Positions 1 through 10,098 of a DNA stretch of 64,000 nucleotides are shown piece after piece. How positions within the stretch are numbered: the stretch's first letter is position 1; every line of letters starts with the position of its first letter. This DNA comes from a virus. Under the pieces are notes generated by a model. The model worked only from the letters and a program-made list of their open reading frames with translations, was not told the DNA's origin and did no database searches. The stretch is from the IMG/VR virus record IMGVR_UViG_3300020579_000011, positions 6,522 to 70,521 of that record; one strand, 5' to 3'. Made by a program: the position numbers and the translations under genes.

Positions 1-3000
1 ATTGTGATCGTGCAGGTTCCTGATGCGGTGATTTGGTTTGTAGTCCCGGCAATCGTGACCGACGTTACTCCTCCACCGCCACTAGGAGCATTGCCTATTG
101 TTTGGACTTGCCAATTCGTACCGTCGAAAACTTCCCATACAGGAGTATTGGCTTTGATGTCTCCAGAAGCGAGCGCTGTGCCATCCCATTTCTGAACGGG
201 GGCTGCGGAAGTCGAATTTACGTTCTCAGTGAGCGCTCCCGTATTTGCGGTCGTTGTGTAATAAATAATCGCATCACCTTTGACCGGCGTGAACGAAGGC
301 GAAGTCGTACAGGATTGCGCCGTTCCAGAGCCAGACGAATCAGAGCATTGCAGTGGCAAAGCGATGCCATGGCCTGTGGCCGAGGCCAGTGTCTTATTAG
401 CGCCAGCAGCTTGGACAACGGCACCGTTCGCAAAATTGGATGACGCCGTGACGATGTTGCTTGGGGCCAAGGAAAACTGTGTATAGGTTAGTGACGACCC
501 AGAAGAACCGATGCTCGTCACCTGCGAAGTGAGCAGCCAGCTCGTTGTCGCGTTCACTGTTCCCGACTGGACAGGAATTGATCCGGTGTTGTTCACATCA
601 GAAGGCGTGTCGTAGTCGAGCGCACGAGTGAATACGGCGGAGATCCCGGTCGTGCCGACGATAGTAGCCGTGTAGACACCGTTCTGGCTCGCCGTTGTCT
701 GGTCTTTGAGCAGCACGCGCTGGCCGATTGTGTTTATAGCTACTCCATCCAGCGTGAACGCGCCGGTAGCCGTGATCGTGAAAGTATCGCCGATACCTCC
801 ACCAACTTGGTTATAGGTGCCTGTTAGGTTGCTGCCGGTCGTAGCGGCGAGGACCGCCACAGCCGGATTGACTCCTGCAACGGCGTTATTGACAGCCGTA
901 GTAACGAAAGAATCCGTTGCCAAGTCATTCGAGCTGTCTCCGGCACTCTGCGTCGTCGCCGTTGTGCCGCTTGGCAGCGCTGGAGTGCCCGACAGATTCG
1001 CAGCCGTGCCTGTGGTGTTATTCGCCAGTGTCGCGCTAGAGGCGTCTATAATCTGGCTGCTTGAATTAGTGCCCACAATCGTCTTCGATGCCGGGACAGC
1101 CGCGCCATTCACTTTCACGACTGAGGTAGCGCACGCTCCTGCGGAAGTCGTCGCATCGCCGGTCAAGGCTGGCATAGCGGCGCATGGTAGACCTGTCGCA
1201 TTTGTCAGAGTCAATGTTGTCGGAGTCCCAAGGTTCGCGGTTTGGGTGATGCGTACTTCCCAAATTCCGCTTGCTCCTTGAGTCAGGGTTGCGTATTGAC
1301 CATTCCCCAGCGTAAAGGACGTTGCTCCGTCCGTCGCTGAAGTGCCATTGAATACACTGAACGTGTCTGGACTCGTGCGCCCGAAAACTAAACTCCCAGC
1401 ACCGTCGTCTATAACCGTTACTGCGAATCCTCCCGTGCAACCTGTGGCTGTCGATAGGGGCACAATGGGTGCGCTTGCACCTGATTGGAAACGCAAAATA
1501 TGTACGCGGTCAATGAGAGCTGTAGAACTATCGCACTGGATTGTATAGCCCGACGACGTGACGACAGCCCCGCCGTTGCCATCCTGAACGCCAGGAGACG
1601 AGAAAGCGGGGGCAGAGCCGTTTACTGCAACTAAACTTTGTCCAGTGACTTGACCGACGATGCTACCGAGGGTGGAACTTGTTGCCCAATCCGTAACTGC
1701 GTTCGCCGTGCCCGTGCCCGGACCGCTTCCGCCAGAGCAGCCGGCAGTTGTCGCACCGCCATTTGAATCCGTGCAAAGAGTTGCTGCCGTGCCGCTCACG
1801 GTGCCCGCAGTAAGGATTTTTGTATCCGTGCCCTGTTCGCCGGTGAGTGCGGTTCCGCCGTTGACCGATAAGCTTGTGTTCGCCGTAATCGTGGTTCCAG
1901 TGATGGCAGCCGGCGTGGTCCCGCCAATAGCGCCAGGGCTTGGAAAAGAGACAGTAGAGCCGCCTAGAGCTACAGCCGTACCAGCGATATTGATTGAAGA
2001 ATGAGCGAGGCCGGTGTTTGCGAGCGAATTGTTCGTAACATTGCTCAAATTTGTAACAGTGGGATTCGGGTAGGCTCCGCCGAAGTCTCCGCCTGCCGCT
2101 TCGGTTGAATACATTGCGGCATTACCGTTGAAGGATGGAACCTGTAATGTGTTCAGAACGCCAGTGGAGGTAACCCAGACTTCTTTCACTGCGTTTAGTT
2201 CGATGTCGGTGCAATCGACGCTTATCCCCGATGGGCAGTTCGTCGTCCATGGCACGGAACTGGTAGAGGAAGGCGCTAGGACAAATCCTGTATTCGTGTT
2301 TGTCGCCGCTCCAGTGATTGACGGCCATCCGGTTGACCCGCTCGCGCTTGCCGTGATCGTCATACCGTTACTCGCCGCGCCAAAGGTGACATTTGTTCCA
2401 GCGATGAGCGGGGCACTGCCTTCGTAGTCCGTGAATGTCGCCGTGTTCGCGTAGATTGGAAAGACTTGCCAATTTAGCAAGACTGGAACTGTGGCTGTCC
2501 CATTAAAGGTATCGCCGCCCGCGAGAGCAACCGTAGCGGTCGTGCTGCCGATGGTCATTATATTTGCGAACCATCCTGTCGATGGTTGAGCAGCGGGCAG
2601 CGTGTAGGCACACGCGGAACTGCAATTCATTAAGACAAGTTTTCCATTGTCGGATGTGCTTGCGGTGTGATTCGCGGTGTAAGTGACCGTCCCTCCGCCT
2701 GCGCCACGGCAGATGTTATCTCCGCCTAAAAAATTAGAGGAATTACATCCACTGCCGAGCACTCCAATCGCTCCAGAGAAGTCTGGTAAGGTCACGGTGC
2801 GGTTGGCTGTGATCGCGGAGACGATGGATTCCACAAATCCATTGTTGAGGATGTTGAAAGAGGTCGTGTTGATGCCCGCGCTGGTGATGGACTGGCTGAG
2901 GGCTAGGTTTTGGGTTGGGGCACTGATACCACAATTAGCCGACGTATCTACATAAGTAAGTCCCGGACCCGCACCAGAAAAACTGTCGAAATTAGCACAA

Positions 3001-5552
3001 TTATAGGAAGCATTCGTGGTAAAGGCCCCATTACGCCATATGGCATAATTAGCGGCCCCGTTGACGGGTACAGCAGGCGTAGTTATCGTTACCGTCTGGT
3101 TACCCGTAGTGGTGGTCACACAACTTTTTGGTCCAAGCGTAGTTAGGTTTCCGTTCACGTCAACAGCCGCGAGAGAATAGCAGATATTGCCTACCGGAAC
3201 GCTGCCGCCGCTGCTTACCACTACCGAAGCAGCAGCGGTCGGAATGGCCATCTGGTAGCCCACCTCTCCAGTACCAAAAACATTGAGCGTGTTGTTTCCA
3301 AAATTCGAGTCGTGGTAGGAATTAACGTTCTGTCCGCTTATCGCGTTCCCCACGGCCAACCCGACCGGCTGGCCCGTGAGATAACCGTAACCCGAGGCGG
3401 GGCCAGCAAAAGAGTCAAAGATAGATAACTTGCCACCGTAAGAACCGCCATTTGTGGTTAGGTTGGCTACCATCGCCGTGCTTGCCGTATCCAGCTCGAC
3501 GTTACTGATGGTGATGTTTCCGCCCACATTTCCAGCGCCGAGATTCGCTATCGCCAAAAACGGAGGAACGTTTCCCTGAATACGAGTGTTGCCGCTGATT
3601 GTTATATCTGTTCCCGAACCTCCCGTGAGCAGAAAGATACCCCGCCCACTCAAACTAAGATTGGTCAAAGCCGCGTTTGAACTAAGGTAGAAGACGGGTG
3701 TAGAACTTCCCGGACCCTGGTTGGCAATCAAGGCTATGTGGTCAAAATTATTACTAAAGACTCCCGCCCGTAGCATCAGCGGCATGGACATCGGGCCAGC
3801 GGTCGCGTCAAAGTTGACGTAGTTCATGCTATCGTTTGAGGCGCCGTCTTCCAGTACCGCAACCGCAGCATTTCCGGCGCTAAATTGGACGCCAGTAATT
3901 TGGTTAATCCCGTTCGAGGCATAGACGGCAGGATTAGCCCTTAAACCTTGGATAGAACCACCAACTGGGTAGCCGAAAGATAACGAACTATTCGTCTGCG
4001 CTCCAAGCGTGCCAAAAATCTTGGTACCACCACTAACCTCCATCGTGTCATTGAGCGCAAGGTTTGAACCCGCGAGGCTAATGGCAAGCGTATACGCCGA
4101 AAGATTCAAATAAGAGTTCGTCACATACGAATTTGTACTACCAGGAAAATAAAGCAAGCTGTTGAAGCTGCAATGGCTCGCCGCCGTGACGATGTTGGGT
4201 GTGTTGTCGAAGAGGATGGTCGCACCCGAAACCGAGGTGCTTGCGGAGTTGGCCAGCGTAAGCGTCGTGGTGCCCGCACCGGACACGACGGTAGTCACCA
4301 GCGGGTCGGCTTGCGCGGAGACGGGCGGCGTGCTAGGTACGAAGTACGGAAAGAGTTGCCCGCTCATCATCGTGGAACCGTAATCCTGCCAGGTGGTATC
4401 TGGCGTTAGCCCATTGACCGTGCTCTGTACCTTGCTTACACCCGCCAATGTCAGCGATCCGCTCGGCCCTGCGTAAACGTAATAGCGGTAGGCGTTGGCC
4501 TGCGAGGTCCAAGTAAGCTTATTGTCGTACCAATAGTTAAGGGTCCCGCCCGCACCCGAGACGGTTGGTGCCCCCGAGGACACCGCGTTCCCGGTCAGAT
4601 AGGTAAAATGGTTCGCGTCCGTGACCGTGACGTTGTACCACCCGCCGAAGTACAGGTTGTCTGTTCCGTTTACGTTCGGCGTCGTAATGTTAACCCACGC
4701 GCCCGTAGAGAGTCCGTGTGCAGTAGCCGTGGCCGTCACGGTCTGCCCGGAGCGCGTGAAACCGGAGATGGAAACGGTCTGGTAGCCCAACGCGGCTTGC
4801 CCGGTCGAGGTGCAAACCTGTGAGGTCGCGGCGCTTAGTCCGCCCGCCTTATCTTCCGCCAGGATGGCGTAGCAATACTGCGTCGAGCCAGCAACCGAAG
4901 CCACGTCAAAACCCGTGCCGGTCGGAGCCGAGGAAACGCTCGGCGTCACCGCAAGGCCCGTGGGCGTGGTTATGCTGTTCGCCGGTCCAGCACCGAAGAC
5001 CACGACTCCATCCCCATTCTGAAAGGAGCTCGCCGAAGAGAGAGCGCAAGAAGTCGAGCTGATCGTGCAAGTAATTCCAGGAATGGCAGGAGCGACGGCC
5101 TGATTAACCGCCCGCACTCCATAGGCTCTCACATCGGTATAGGGATTCGGACCTTTGCCTTGAAAGTCTCGCGTAGTAGAGAATACTGTTCCGCTGTCTG
5201 CTTCCCCTGAAGTGACAAGTGTTCCCACTCCGTTGGTGGATTGGATGGTTCCCAAGGGACCAGCGGCCGAAGACCCACCTCCAGGACAAACGTTCGCACC
5301 TACTGAGTTCAGGCATGTCAGTTGACCTGTTCCTGAATCGCAATAAGTACGAACCTTTCCTGTGGGTGGATTTCCTGGACTGGCTATGCACACGTAGTCC
5401 GTGATGGACTGCTGCGTGATAATATTCTGAAAACTAAATTCGTCCGTGTCGCGGTATTCGACACGTATATTCCTTGGGCCGTCGTCTTTCTTTTGTGCGA
5501 AAGCGGGGATACACGCCAGCAAAAGAAAGATGATCGCCAGTTTTGATTTCAT
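1..5552 (-). CDS. Giant Ser/Thr/Gly-rich tail fibre/adhesin-like protein with N-terminal signal peptide (>=1850 aa, runs off the left edge)
   Basis: ATG at 5552 opens MKSKLAIIFLLLACIPAFA-QKK. Hand translation stays open to position 3, and the ORF is absent from the track because there is no stop in the window. Contains a DVRAYG beta-helix-type start, Fn3-like YCYAILAED, FCCH-like AHGLSTG and fibre motif QRVLLKDQTTASQNGVY. Confidence 0.85.
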   Translation of the reverse strand, partial: MKSKLAIIFLLLACIPAFAQKKDDGPRNIRVEYRDTDEFSFQNIITQQSITDYVCIASPGNPPTGKVRTYCDSGTGQLTCLNSVGANVCPGGGSSAAGPLGTIQSTNGVGTLVTSGEADSGTVFSTTRDFQGKGPNPYTDVRAYGVRAVNQAVAPAIPGITCTISSTSCALSSASSFQNGDGVVVFGAGPANSITTPTGLAVTPSVSSAPTGTGFDVASVAGSTQYCYAILAEDKAGGLSAATSQVCTSTGQAALGYQTVSISGFTRSGQTVTATATAHGLSTGAWVNITTPNVNGTDNLYFGGWYNVTVTDANHFTYLTGNAVSSGAPTVSGAGGTLNYWYDNKLTWTSQANAYRYYVYAGPSGSLTLAGVSKVQSTVNGLTPDTTWQDYGSTMMSGQLFPYFVPSTPPVSAQADPLVTTVVSGAGTTTLTLANSASTSVSGATILFDNTPNIVTAASHCSFNSLLYFPGSTNSYVTNSYLNLSAYTLAISLAGSNLALNDTMEVSGGTKIFGTLGAQTNSSLSFGYPVGGSIQGLRANPAVYASNGINQITGVQFSAGNAAVAVLEDGASNDSMNYVNFDATAGPMSMPLMLRAGVFSNNFDHIALIANQGPGSSTPVFYLSSNAALTNLSLSGRGIFLLTGGSGTDITISGNTRIQGNVPPFLAIANLGAGNVGGNITISNVELDTASTAMVANLTTNGGSYGGKLSIFDSFAGPASGYGYLTGQPVGLAVGNAISGQNVNSYHDSNFGNNTLNVFGTGEVGYQMAIPTAAASVVVSSGGSVPVGNICYSLAAVDVNGNLTTLGPKSCVTTTTGNQTVTITTPAVPVNGAANYAIWRNGAFTTNASYNCANFDSFSGAGPGLTYVDTSANCGISAPTQNLALSQSITSAGINTTSFNILNNGFVESIVSAITANRTVTLPDFSGAIGVLGSGCNSSNFLGGDNICRGAGGGTVTYTANHTASTSDNGKLVLMNCSSACAYTLPAAQPSTGWFANIMTIGSTTATVALAGGDTFNGTATVPVLLNWQVFPIYANTATFTDYEGSAPLIAGTNVTFGAASNGMTITASASGSTGWPSITGAATNTNTGFVLAPSSTSSVPWTTNCPSGISVDCTDIELNAVKEVWVTSTGVLNTLQVPSFNGNAAMYSTEAAGGDFGGAYPNPTVTNLSNVTNNSLANTGLAHSSINIAGTAVALGGSTVSFPSPGAIGGTTPAAITGTTITANTSLSVNGGTALTGEQGTDTKILTAGTVSGTAATLCTDSNGGATTAGCSGGSGPGTGTANAVTDWATSSTLGSIVGQVTGQSLVAVNGSAPAFSSPGVQDGNGGAVVTSSGYTIQCDSSTALIDRVHILRFQSGASAPIVPLSTATGCTGGFAVTVIDDGAGSLVFGRTSPDTFSVFNGTSATDGATSFTLGNGQYATLTQGASGIWEVRITQTANLGTPTTLTLTNATGLPCAAMPALTGDATTSAGACATSVVKVNGAAVPASKTIVGTNSSSQIIDASSATLANNTTGTAANLSGTPALPSGTTATTQSAGDSSNDLATDSFVTTAVNNAVAGVNPAVAVLAATTGSNLTGTYNQVGGGIGDTFTITATGAFTLDGVAINTIGQRVLLKDQTTASQNGVYTATIVGTTGISAVFTRALDYDTPSDVNNTGSIPVQSGTVNATTSWLLTSQVTSIGSSGSSLTYTQFSLAPSNIVTASSNFANGAVVQAAGANKTLASATGHGIALPLQCSDSSGSGTAQSCTTSPSFTPVKGDAIIYYTTTANTGALTENVNSTSAAPVQKWDGTALASGDIKANTPVWEVFDGTNWQVQTIGNAPSGGGGVTSVTIAGTTNQITASGTCTIT

Positions 5553-5564
5553 TTACGCAGTCCC

Positions 5565-6242
5565 TTAAACGCTCAACTTGATGATGCCCGTAGGTGCCGT
5601 TCCAGACAGACCGGTAATCCTCACGCGCAGGAAGTTCACCCCGTCGATTGCAACATTGCGGATTTCTCCGGCTGCGTTTGTGCTGGTGTCGAGCGTGGCG
5701 TATTCATTGTCAATGTCGTTCAGCGAGCCTTGTAGAGTGGCTGTGATTCCCGCAGGCGCAGACGGATAGGAAGTCTGCCACGTAACGGTCATTGCGTTTG
5801 CCGCATCTCCGGTAGGACTCTGAACGGCGCACGGTAAGCTCGAAGAATTATTTGTCAGCGCCTCGGCTACTTCCGCTATGGGAACTAAAGCCGTGCCAAA
5901 ATCGGCGGTTGTCGCTAGTTGCGCGGTCGTCAGTGCGAAAGTAATCGTGCCGATGCCACTTGTCGTGTCAATGACCACGTTCGAGATGGCGACGTTCGTT
6001 ACGTTGTAGGCTCCAGATGCGCTCATGGTCCCAATGATTGTGATGAAATTTCCAATGATGGGAATGGGGCCTTCGAGAATCTTCACGCCGACAGTGGCAT
6101 TGTTCGAAGCATTGGCGGAGACACTCGTGACCTGCATTCGTGTGGTGGGTTTGCCTTGCGACTTCGAGCCAAAAGCGTAGAAGTTAACCCCTGTGAGGAG
6201 CATGGTCGCCGGGGCAGCGAACGGGGACGCATTGTAAATCAC
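5565..6242 (-). CDS. Virion structural protein (beta-rich)
   Basis: GGAGG RBS then GTG; Thr/Ala/Ser-rich; C-terminal ATLQGS...FLRVRIT jelly-roll-like pattern common in phage structural proteins. Confidence 0.6.
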   Translation of the reverse strand: MIYNASPFAAPATMLLTGVNFYAFGSKSQGKPTTRMQVTSVSANASNNATVGVKILEGPIPIIGNFITIIGTMSASGAYNVTNVAISNVVIDTTSGIGTITFALTTAQLATTADFGTALVPIAEVAEALTNNSSSLPCAVQSPTGDAANAMTVTWQTSYPSAPAGITATLQGSLNDIDNEYATLDTSTNAAGEIRNVAIDGVNFLRVRITGLSGTAPTGIIKLSV

Positions 6243-6301
6243 GGAATGGATACCTCCTGCGGTACCCGTTCCGCTGTGGCTACTTTACAGCAATATGGGA
6301 A

Positions 6302-7291
6302 TCAAAGCACAGAAATTTGCGCGTTGGGTGGAAGCGTAACGCTGTTCAGCCGTTTGGGAAGCCGGTCCAAAGTTAATTCCGAACGGAAGTCGCTCTCCCA
6401 GCCACCGGGAAGCGTCACGCGATAGTGAAATTCACGCTTTGGGAGGACGTACCCGATTTCTCGCTCCACCACTTCGCGCGTGAAAAGGTCAGCTCGCCAG
6501 TAAGGATCGGCAATCAGTGATTCCACTTGGGCGATGCGTTCTTCTAGAGTGCCCTCGAACTTCGGACCTGTTGGCCGGTTGTAACCTGAACAGCCCAGAT
6601 GAGCGCCTTTGGCGATCCCGTTCCACGCGACTTGTCCCTTGTCTGCTTCGATGCAATATTGCCAGACTGCATCTTGCTCGTAGAACCCGGTATTTTCCTG
6701 ATTGCCTTTGTTGTGGAGCAGGGAGTCCGGAAAAGTGCTCAAGATGTATTCACGCATCGAATTGTAGTAGAGCGGGTTAGCGTGCTTGATGACTTGAGCC
6801 AGTTTCTCGCGCCTAACAGAATATGAAGGACTGTAAAACCAAGCAGCAAACATCAAATCATCCGAGATCGGAGCTTGCCGATTGAACACCCAGCCGCAGG
6901 CGCAGAAAATACCTGTGAACATTTCGTGAGTCTCGCGGTACCAATTCAGACACTCTGGTCCTTGCATGAAGTCATCTTCGCTCACTATCACTAAGCCGAT
7001 TTGCTGCCCGTATGCCCACCGGAGCATCTCCATTGTTGCGTAACTATTCCCGTAGTAATCGTGCCTTGGAATGATCTCGACTCCGGCCCAAAACTCTCCG
7101 CAGACGTGACGCAGTTCTGGGTTATCATCGCCTCGGTCACTGAACACAACGATGGGTATTTTCTTATCTTGCTCACGGATGCGCTTCAATGCGCAGTAGA
7201 GAAAATGATTCCGCTGGTAGGTCAAGACGCAACAAACTTCTTTGTAGAGATACACGCTCACATCCTTTTGAAGTGCCAAAGATTCTCCCAT
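6302..7291 (-). CDS. GT-A fold glycosyltransferase
   Basis: VLTYQR...IVVFSD...IVSEDD (DxD-like) pattern. Confidence 0.7.
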   Translation of the reverse strand: MGESLALQKDVSVYLYKEVCCVLTYQRNHFLYCALKRIREQDKKIPIVVFSDRGDDNPELRHVCGEFWAGVEIIPRHDYYGNSYATMEMLRWAYGQQIGLVIVSEDDFMQGPECLNWYRETHEMFTGIFCACGWVFNRQAPISDDLMFAAWFYSPSYSVRREKLAQVIKHANPLYYNSMREYILSTFPDSLLHNKGNQENTGFYEQDAVWQYCIEADKGQVAWNGIAKGAHLGCSGYNRPTGPKFEGTLEERIAQVESLIADPYWRADLFTREVVEREIGYVLPKREFHYRVTLPGGWESDFRSELTLDRLPKRLNSVTLPPNAQISVL

Positions 7292-7890
7292 TCAAGTTCG
7301 CGCACTGGCCGGATGCCGTAAGGTTGCAGAAAGGAAACAATCTCCGCCATTGGCGAAGTCTCTCCGCGCTTCGCGTACACTTCATCGGTCCAGACTTCTA
7401 GAAATAGATGCTCGACGGTCTTGAGTGTCCGTACGGCTCCTTTGAGGACACGCAGTTCCATGTTCTCCACGTCGATCTTGAGCAGTTTGACGTTTTCTAA
7501 GTTGAAATGGTCAAGCGTTTCTGTCTTGAACGTTTCGCCTTCATCGGGATTCATCTGTTCGCCGCGCTCTCCGACTAAAGCGTAGTTGAATGGCAGGCAG
7601 TTCTTGACGTGGTTGCCGTTGATGTTTTTTAGCAATTTCAAATAGTATTCGTGCTTCGACTCGAAGGCATAGACGCGCTTTGCTGGACAGAAGAGAGAAA
7701 AGAACAGAGCGTGCGTGCCGATGTGGGCTCCAGCATCTACATAATTTCCTTGCACGTCCAAACTGCGAATCACTTCTAAATTCTTCAGCTCATACCAGCA
7801 TACGTTGAGCAAGCAGTTTCCAATGTGGCTCTTTTCGTCCACGTCGAAGAAAGTCACTTCGCGGCCTTCGTATATTATTTTAGCGTCCAT
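7258..7890 (-). CDS. FkbM-family SAM methyltransferase
   Basis: VDAGAHIG, VYAFE, KIDVENMELRVLKGA motifs. Confidence 0.9.
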   Translation of the reverse strand: MDAKIIYEGREVTFFDVDEKSHIGNCLLNVCWYELKNLEVIRSLDVQGNYVDAGAHIGTHALFFSLFCPAKRVYAFESKHEYYLKLLKNINGNHVKNCLPFNYALVGERGEQMNPDEGETFKTETLDHFNLENVKLLKIDVENMELRVLKGAVRTLKTVEHLFLEVWTDEVYAKRGETSPMAEIVSFLQPYGIRPVRELEWENLWHFKRM

Positions 7891-8636
7891 CAGCGCGGTC
7901 TATACAGCCAATGAGCTTCATGGTCGAACCCTAGATTTGTTCCGTCATAGCCAAGCGATTCCATGAGCGCATAAATGTCTTTGGGATTTTGCTGGTAGCG
8001 TTCGATAACTGCATCCTCGTGGATACTCACCCACACCAAAGGCCGAATTTCACGCATGGTCTTCTCGGCTCCGCGCAGTACCATCAATTCTGCCCCCTCT
8101 ACATCTATGGTAATGGCGTTCGGCCTGTATCCCGTTAGCGAAACGAAGCCATCTAGAGTTAGCCTGGGGATATCTTTTCCATCCTCGTTGATGTGTCGGA
8201 ATTTTGTATTCGTGAGAATCTTACCGGCCTTTGCTTCCTTGGGCCAAGAACCGTGATGGATAGTTATTATTCCTGGCTGTTCACTGTGCGCAAGAAAAGC
8301 CTTTGTGCAACACTTAGGAGTTTGCAATTCATTTGCTCGCCAAGTTTCCATGAGACTCGGCCACAATTCAACACAAGGCTCAAACAGGCACATATTTTCA
8401 GCGCCTACAAATTGCGCGTAGATGGCGGAAATCCAGCCAATCTCCGCTCCTACGTCGAATAGAATGTCACCGCGCTTCAAATTCTCTTCCATTGAAGCGA
8501 AACGCATCTTTTCCCACCACGGCCACCACGCATGATAGTCCGCGAGAAACTTCGGGATCTTCACCTTATAGCGGTCGCAGACGAGTTGCTCCACCCATTC
8601 GACTTCGGAGAGTGGTATGAAAGTGTCAGGCATCAA
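7890..8636 (-). CDS. FkbM-family SAM methyltransferase
   Basis: FDVGAEIG, LFEP, IDVEGAELMVLRGA motifs. Confidence 0.9.
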   Translation of the reverse strand: MMPDTFIPLSEVEWVEQLVCDRYKVKIPKFLADYHAWWPWWEKMRFASMEENLKRGDILFDVGAEIGWISAIYAQFVGAENMCLFEPCVELWPSLMETWRANELQTPKCCTKAFLAHSEQPGIITIHHGSWPKEAKAGKILTNTKFRHINEDGKDIPRLTLDGFVSLTGYRPNAITIDVEGAELMVLRGAEKTMREIRPLVWVSIHEDAVIERYQQNPKDIYALMESLGYDGTNLGFDHEAHWLYRPR

Positions 8637-9370
8637 AACACCATGAGTTCGTCGAATTTACTGTCAGTGCCTCGCGCGTCAAGATGAAGTGACCGATGGA
8701 AATTGCCATCAGGAATGTATGTCGCCACTTTCCATTCTTCCCAAGGTGAGTGCTGCACATAGGTCATCAATCGGTCTTCGATCATCGTGTTGGCTTCGGG
8801 ACTGAAAACGTTCATTGCGCGCTTGTAAAGTTCCACGGTCGCAACGTGAGGCCGCTGAGACCATTGCCTCGTCTTCCATAGCGGCACGCCATGAGATTCG
8901 AATTGCTCCTCGTACAAGTAAAGATGATACGGGCAGACGCGAGACTCAGGCAGGAACCGGACGCAACTAACATCACCTGAGAGCAGGGCGTCTACGATTC
9001 CTTGCCAGTCGATAGGACGGTCTGTGACGAGAGGACAATCGTGCTCTACGAACATAAGCAAAGGAGTCTTTACAAATGGGAGCGTATAGCGCGTCATTGC
9101 GACTTGATGTACATGATTTTCAAACAGCCATCCAAATACACGAAACTCTCCACTTGTTTCTCGTTCCAATAATCTGTCCACATACTCAAAGTAGTCTCCT
9201 GCTCTAGCTTTCCACTGCTCCTTACGGACTCCATCAACCATAATGATAATTCTCGCGCCTGGCAACCAGTGCCGAATACTGGCAATCGTCTGGTCGATTA
9301 TCTCCGTGGACGGATGCGCTTTGATAGGCGATGTTGGAATCAACACCGTTATGGCTTCGTCAGGATTCAT
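8633..9370 (-). CDS. GT-A fold glycosyltransferase (paralog of 9367-10098)
   Basis: VLIPTSP..HPS, MVDGVR, FVEHD, QWSQRPH, HLDARG motifs shared with its neighbour. Confidence 0.7.
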   Translation of the reverse strand: MNPDEAITVLIPTSPIKAHPSTEIIDQTIASIRHWLPGARIIIMVDGVRKEQWKARAGDYFEYVDRLLERETSGEFRVFGWLFENHVHQVAMTRYTLPFVKTPLLMFVEHDCPLVTDRPIDWQGIVDALLSGDVSCVRFLPESRVCPYHLYLYEEQFESHGVPLWKTRQWSQRPHVATVELYKRAMNVFSPEANTMIEDRLMTYVQHSPWEEWKVATYIPDGNFHRSLHLDARGTDSKFDELMVF

Positions 9371-10098
9371 TCTTTGCCTTCAAGCACTGAATGAAATTTA
9401 ACGTCGTCGCCGCGACCGTCGAGATGTCGAATCCTGGCCATCGGTCCATGTGGCGTGTAAATTGTTAGCCTATTTTCTTCCCAATCGTCACATTGACCGT
9501 ACAGTCTGTCTTCAAGGTAGCAACGATCGTCTGGCTTTAGATGCGCGTCAATCATTTTGCGATAGTAATCCACAAAGGCTAAATGTGTACGCTGCGACCA
9601 CTGGATAGTTTTAGTTAATGTGGAATATTTTTGCAGCGGTCCAAGCATGAACTGCTCCCACTCCGGCTTTATTGAATCTTCGAGCATGAAACGAATCACG
9701 TTGACTTCACGCCTAGCATTCATAACGGCACATACATCTCCCCACGGAAACCAAATGGGAAGTAGGGCTTGGTCATGCTCCGTAAACAGAATCAACGGAG
9801 TCTTAACCTGCTCAATCCCTTTTGCGATTGTCCACGCTTGGTGCTGCCATTCAGGAAACACAATTAGCCGCACGTTTTTCCATCTTTCAAGGGACAGAGT
9901 TTCCAAGCGAATCACAAACTCGCTGTAAGCCGCGCGATGATGTTCCTGCTCTGGCCGTACGCCATCGCAGAGAATCAGTATTTCCGCAGTCGGCAAGTGC
10001 CAGCGAACCGAATCAATTGTTTCTTCGATCAGGTCTGTGCTTGGGTGCTTGGGGCTAGGAGATGTGGTAATCAGCACAGTGGTCAGATTGTCGATCAT
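9367..10098 (-). CDS. GT-A fold glycosyltransferase
   Basis: VLITTSP..HPS, LCDGVR, FTEHD, QWSQRTH, HLDGRG. Confidence 0.7.
   Translation of the reverse strand: MIDNLTTVLITTSPSPKHPSTDLIEETIDSVRWHLPTAEILILCDGVRPEQEHHRAAYSEFVIRLETLSLERWKNVRLIVFPEWQHQAWTIAKGIEQVKTPLILFTEHDQALLPIWFPWGDVCAVMNARREVNVIRFMLEDSIKPEWEQFMLGPLQKYSTLTKTIQWSQRTHLAFVDYYRKMIDAHLKPDDRCYLEDRLYGQCDDWEENRLTIYTPHGPMARIRHLDGRGDDVKFHSVLEGKE

Noticed and set aside
4-5404. Many short plus-strand ORFs in the track
   Set aside because: Antisense shadows of the giant minus-strand fibre gene (Val/Pro/Ala-rich mirror composition).
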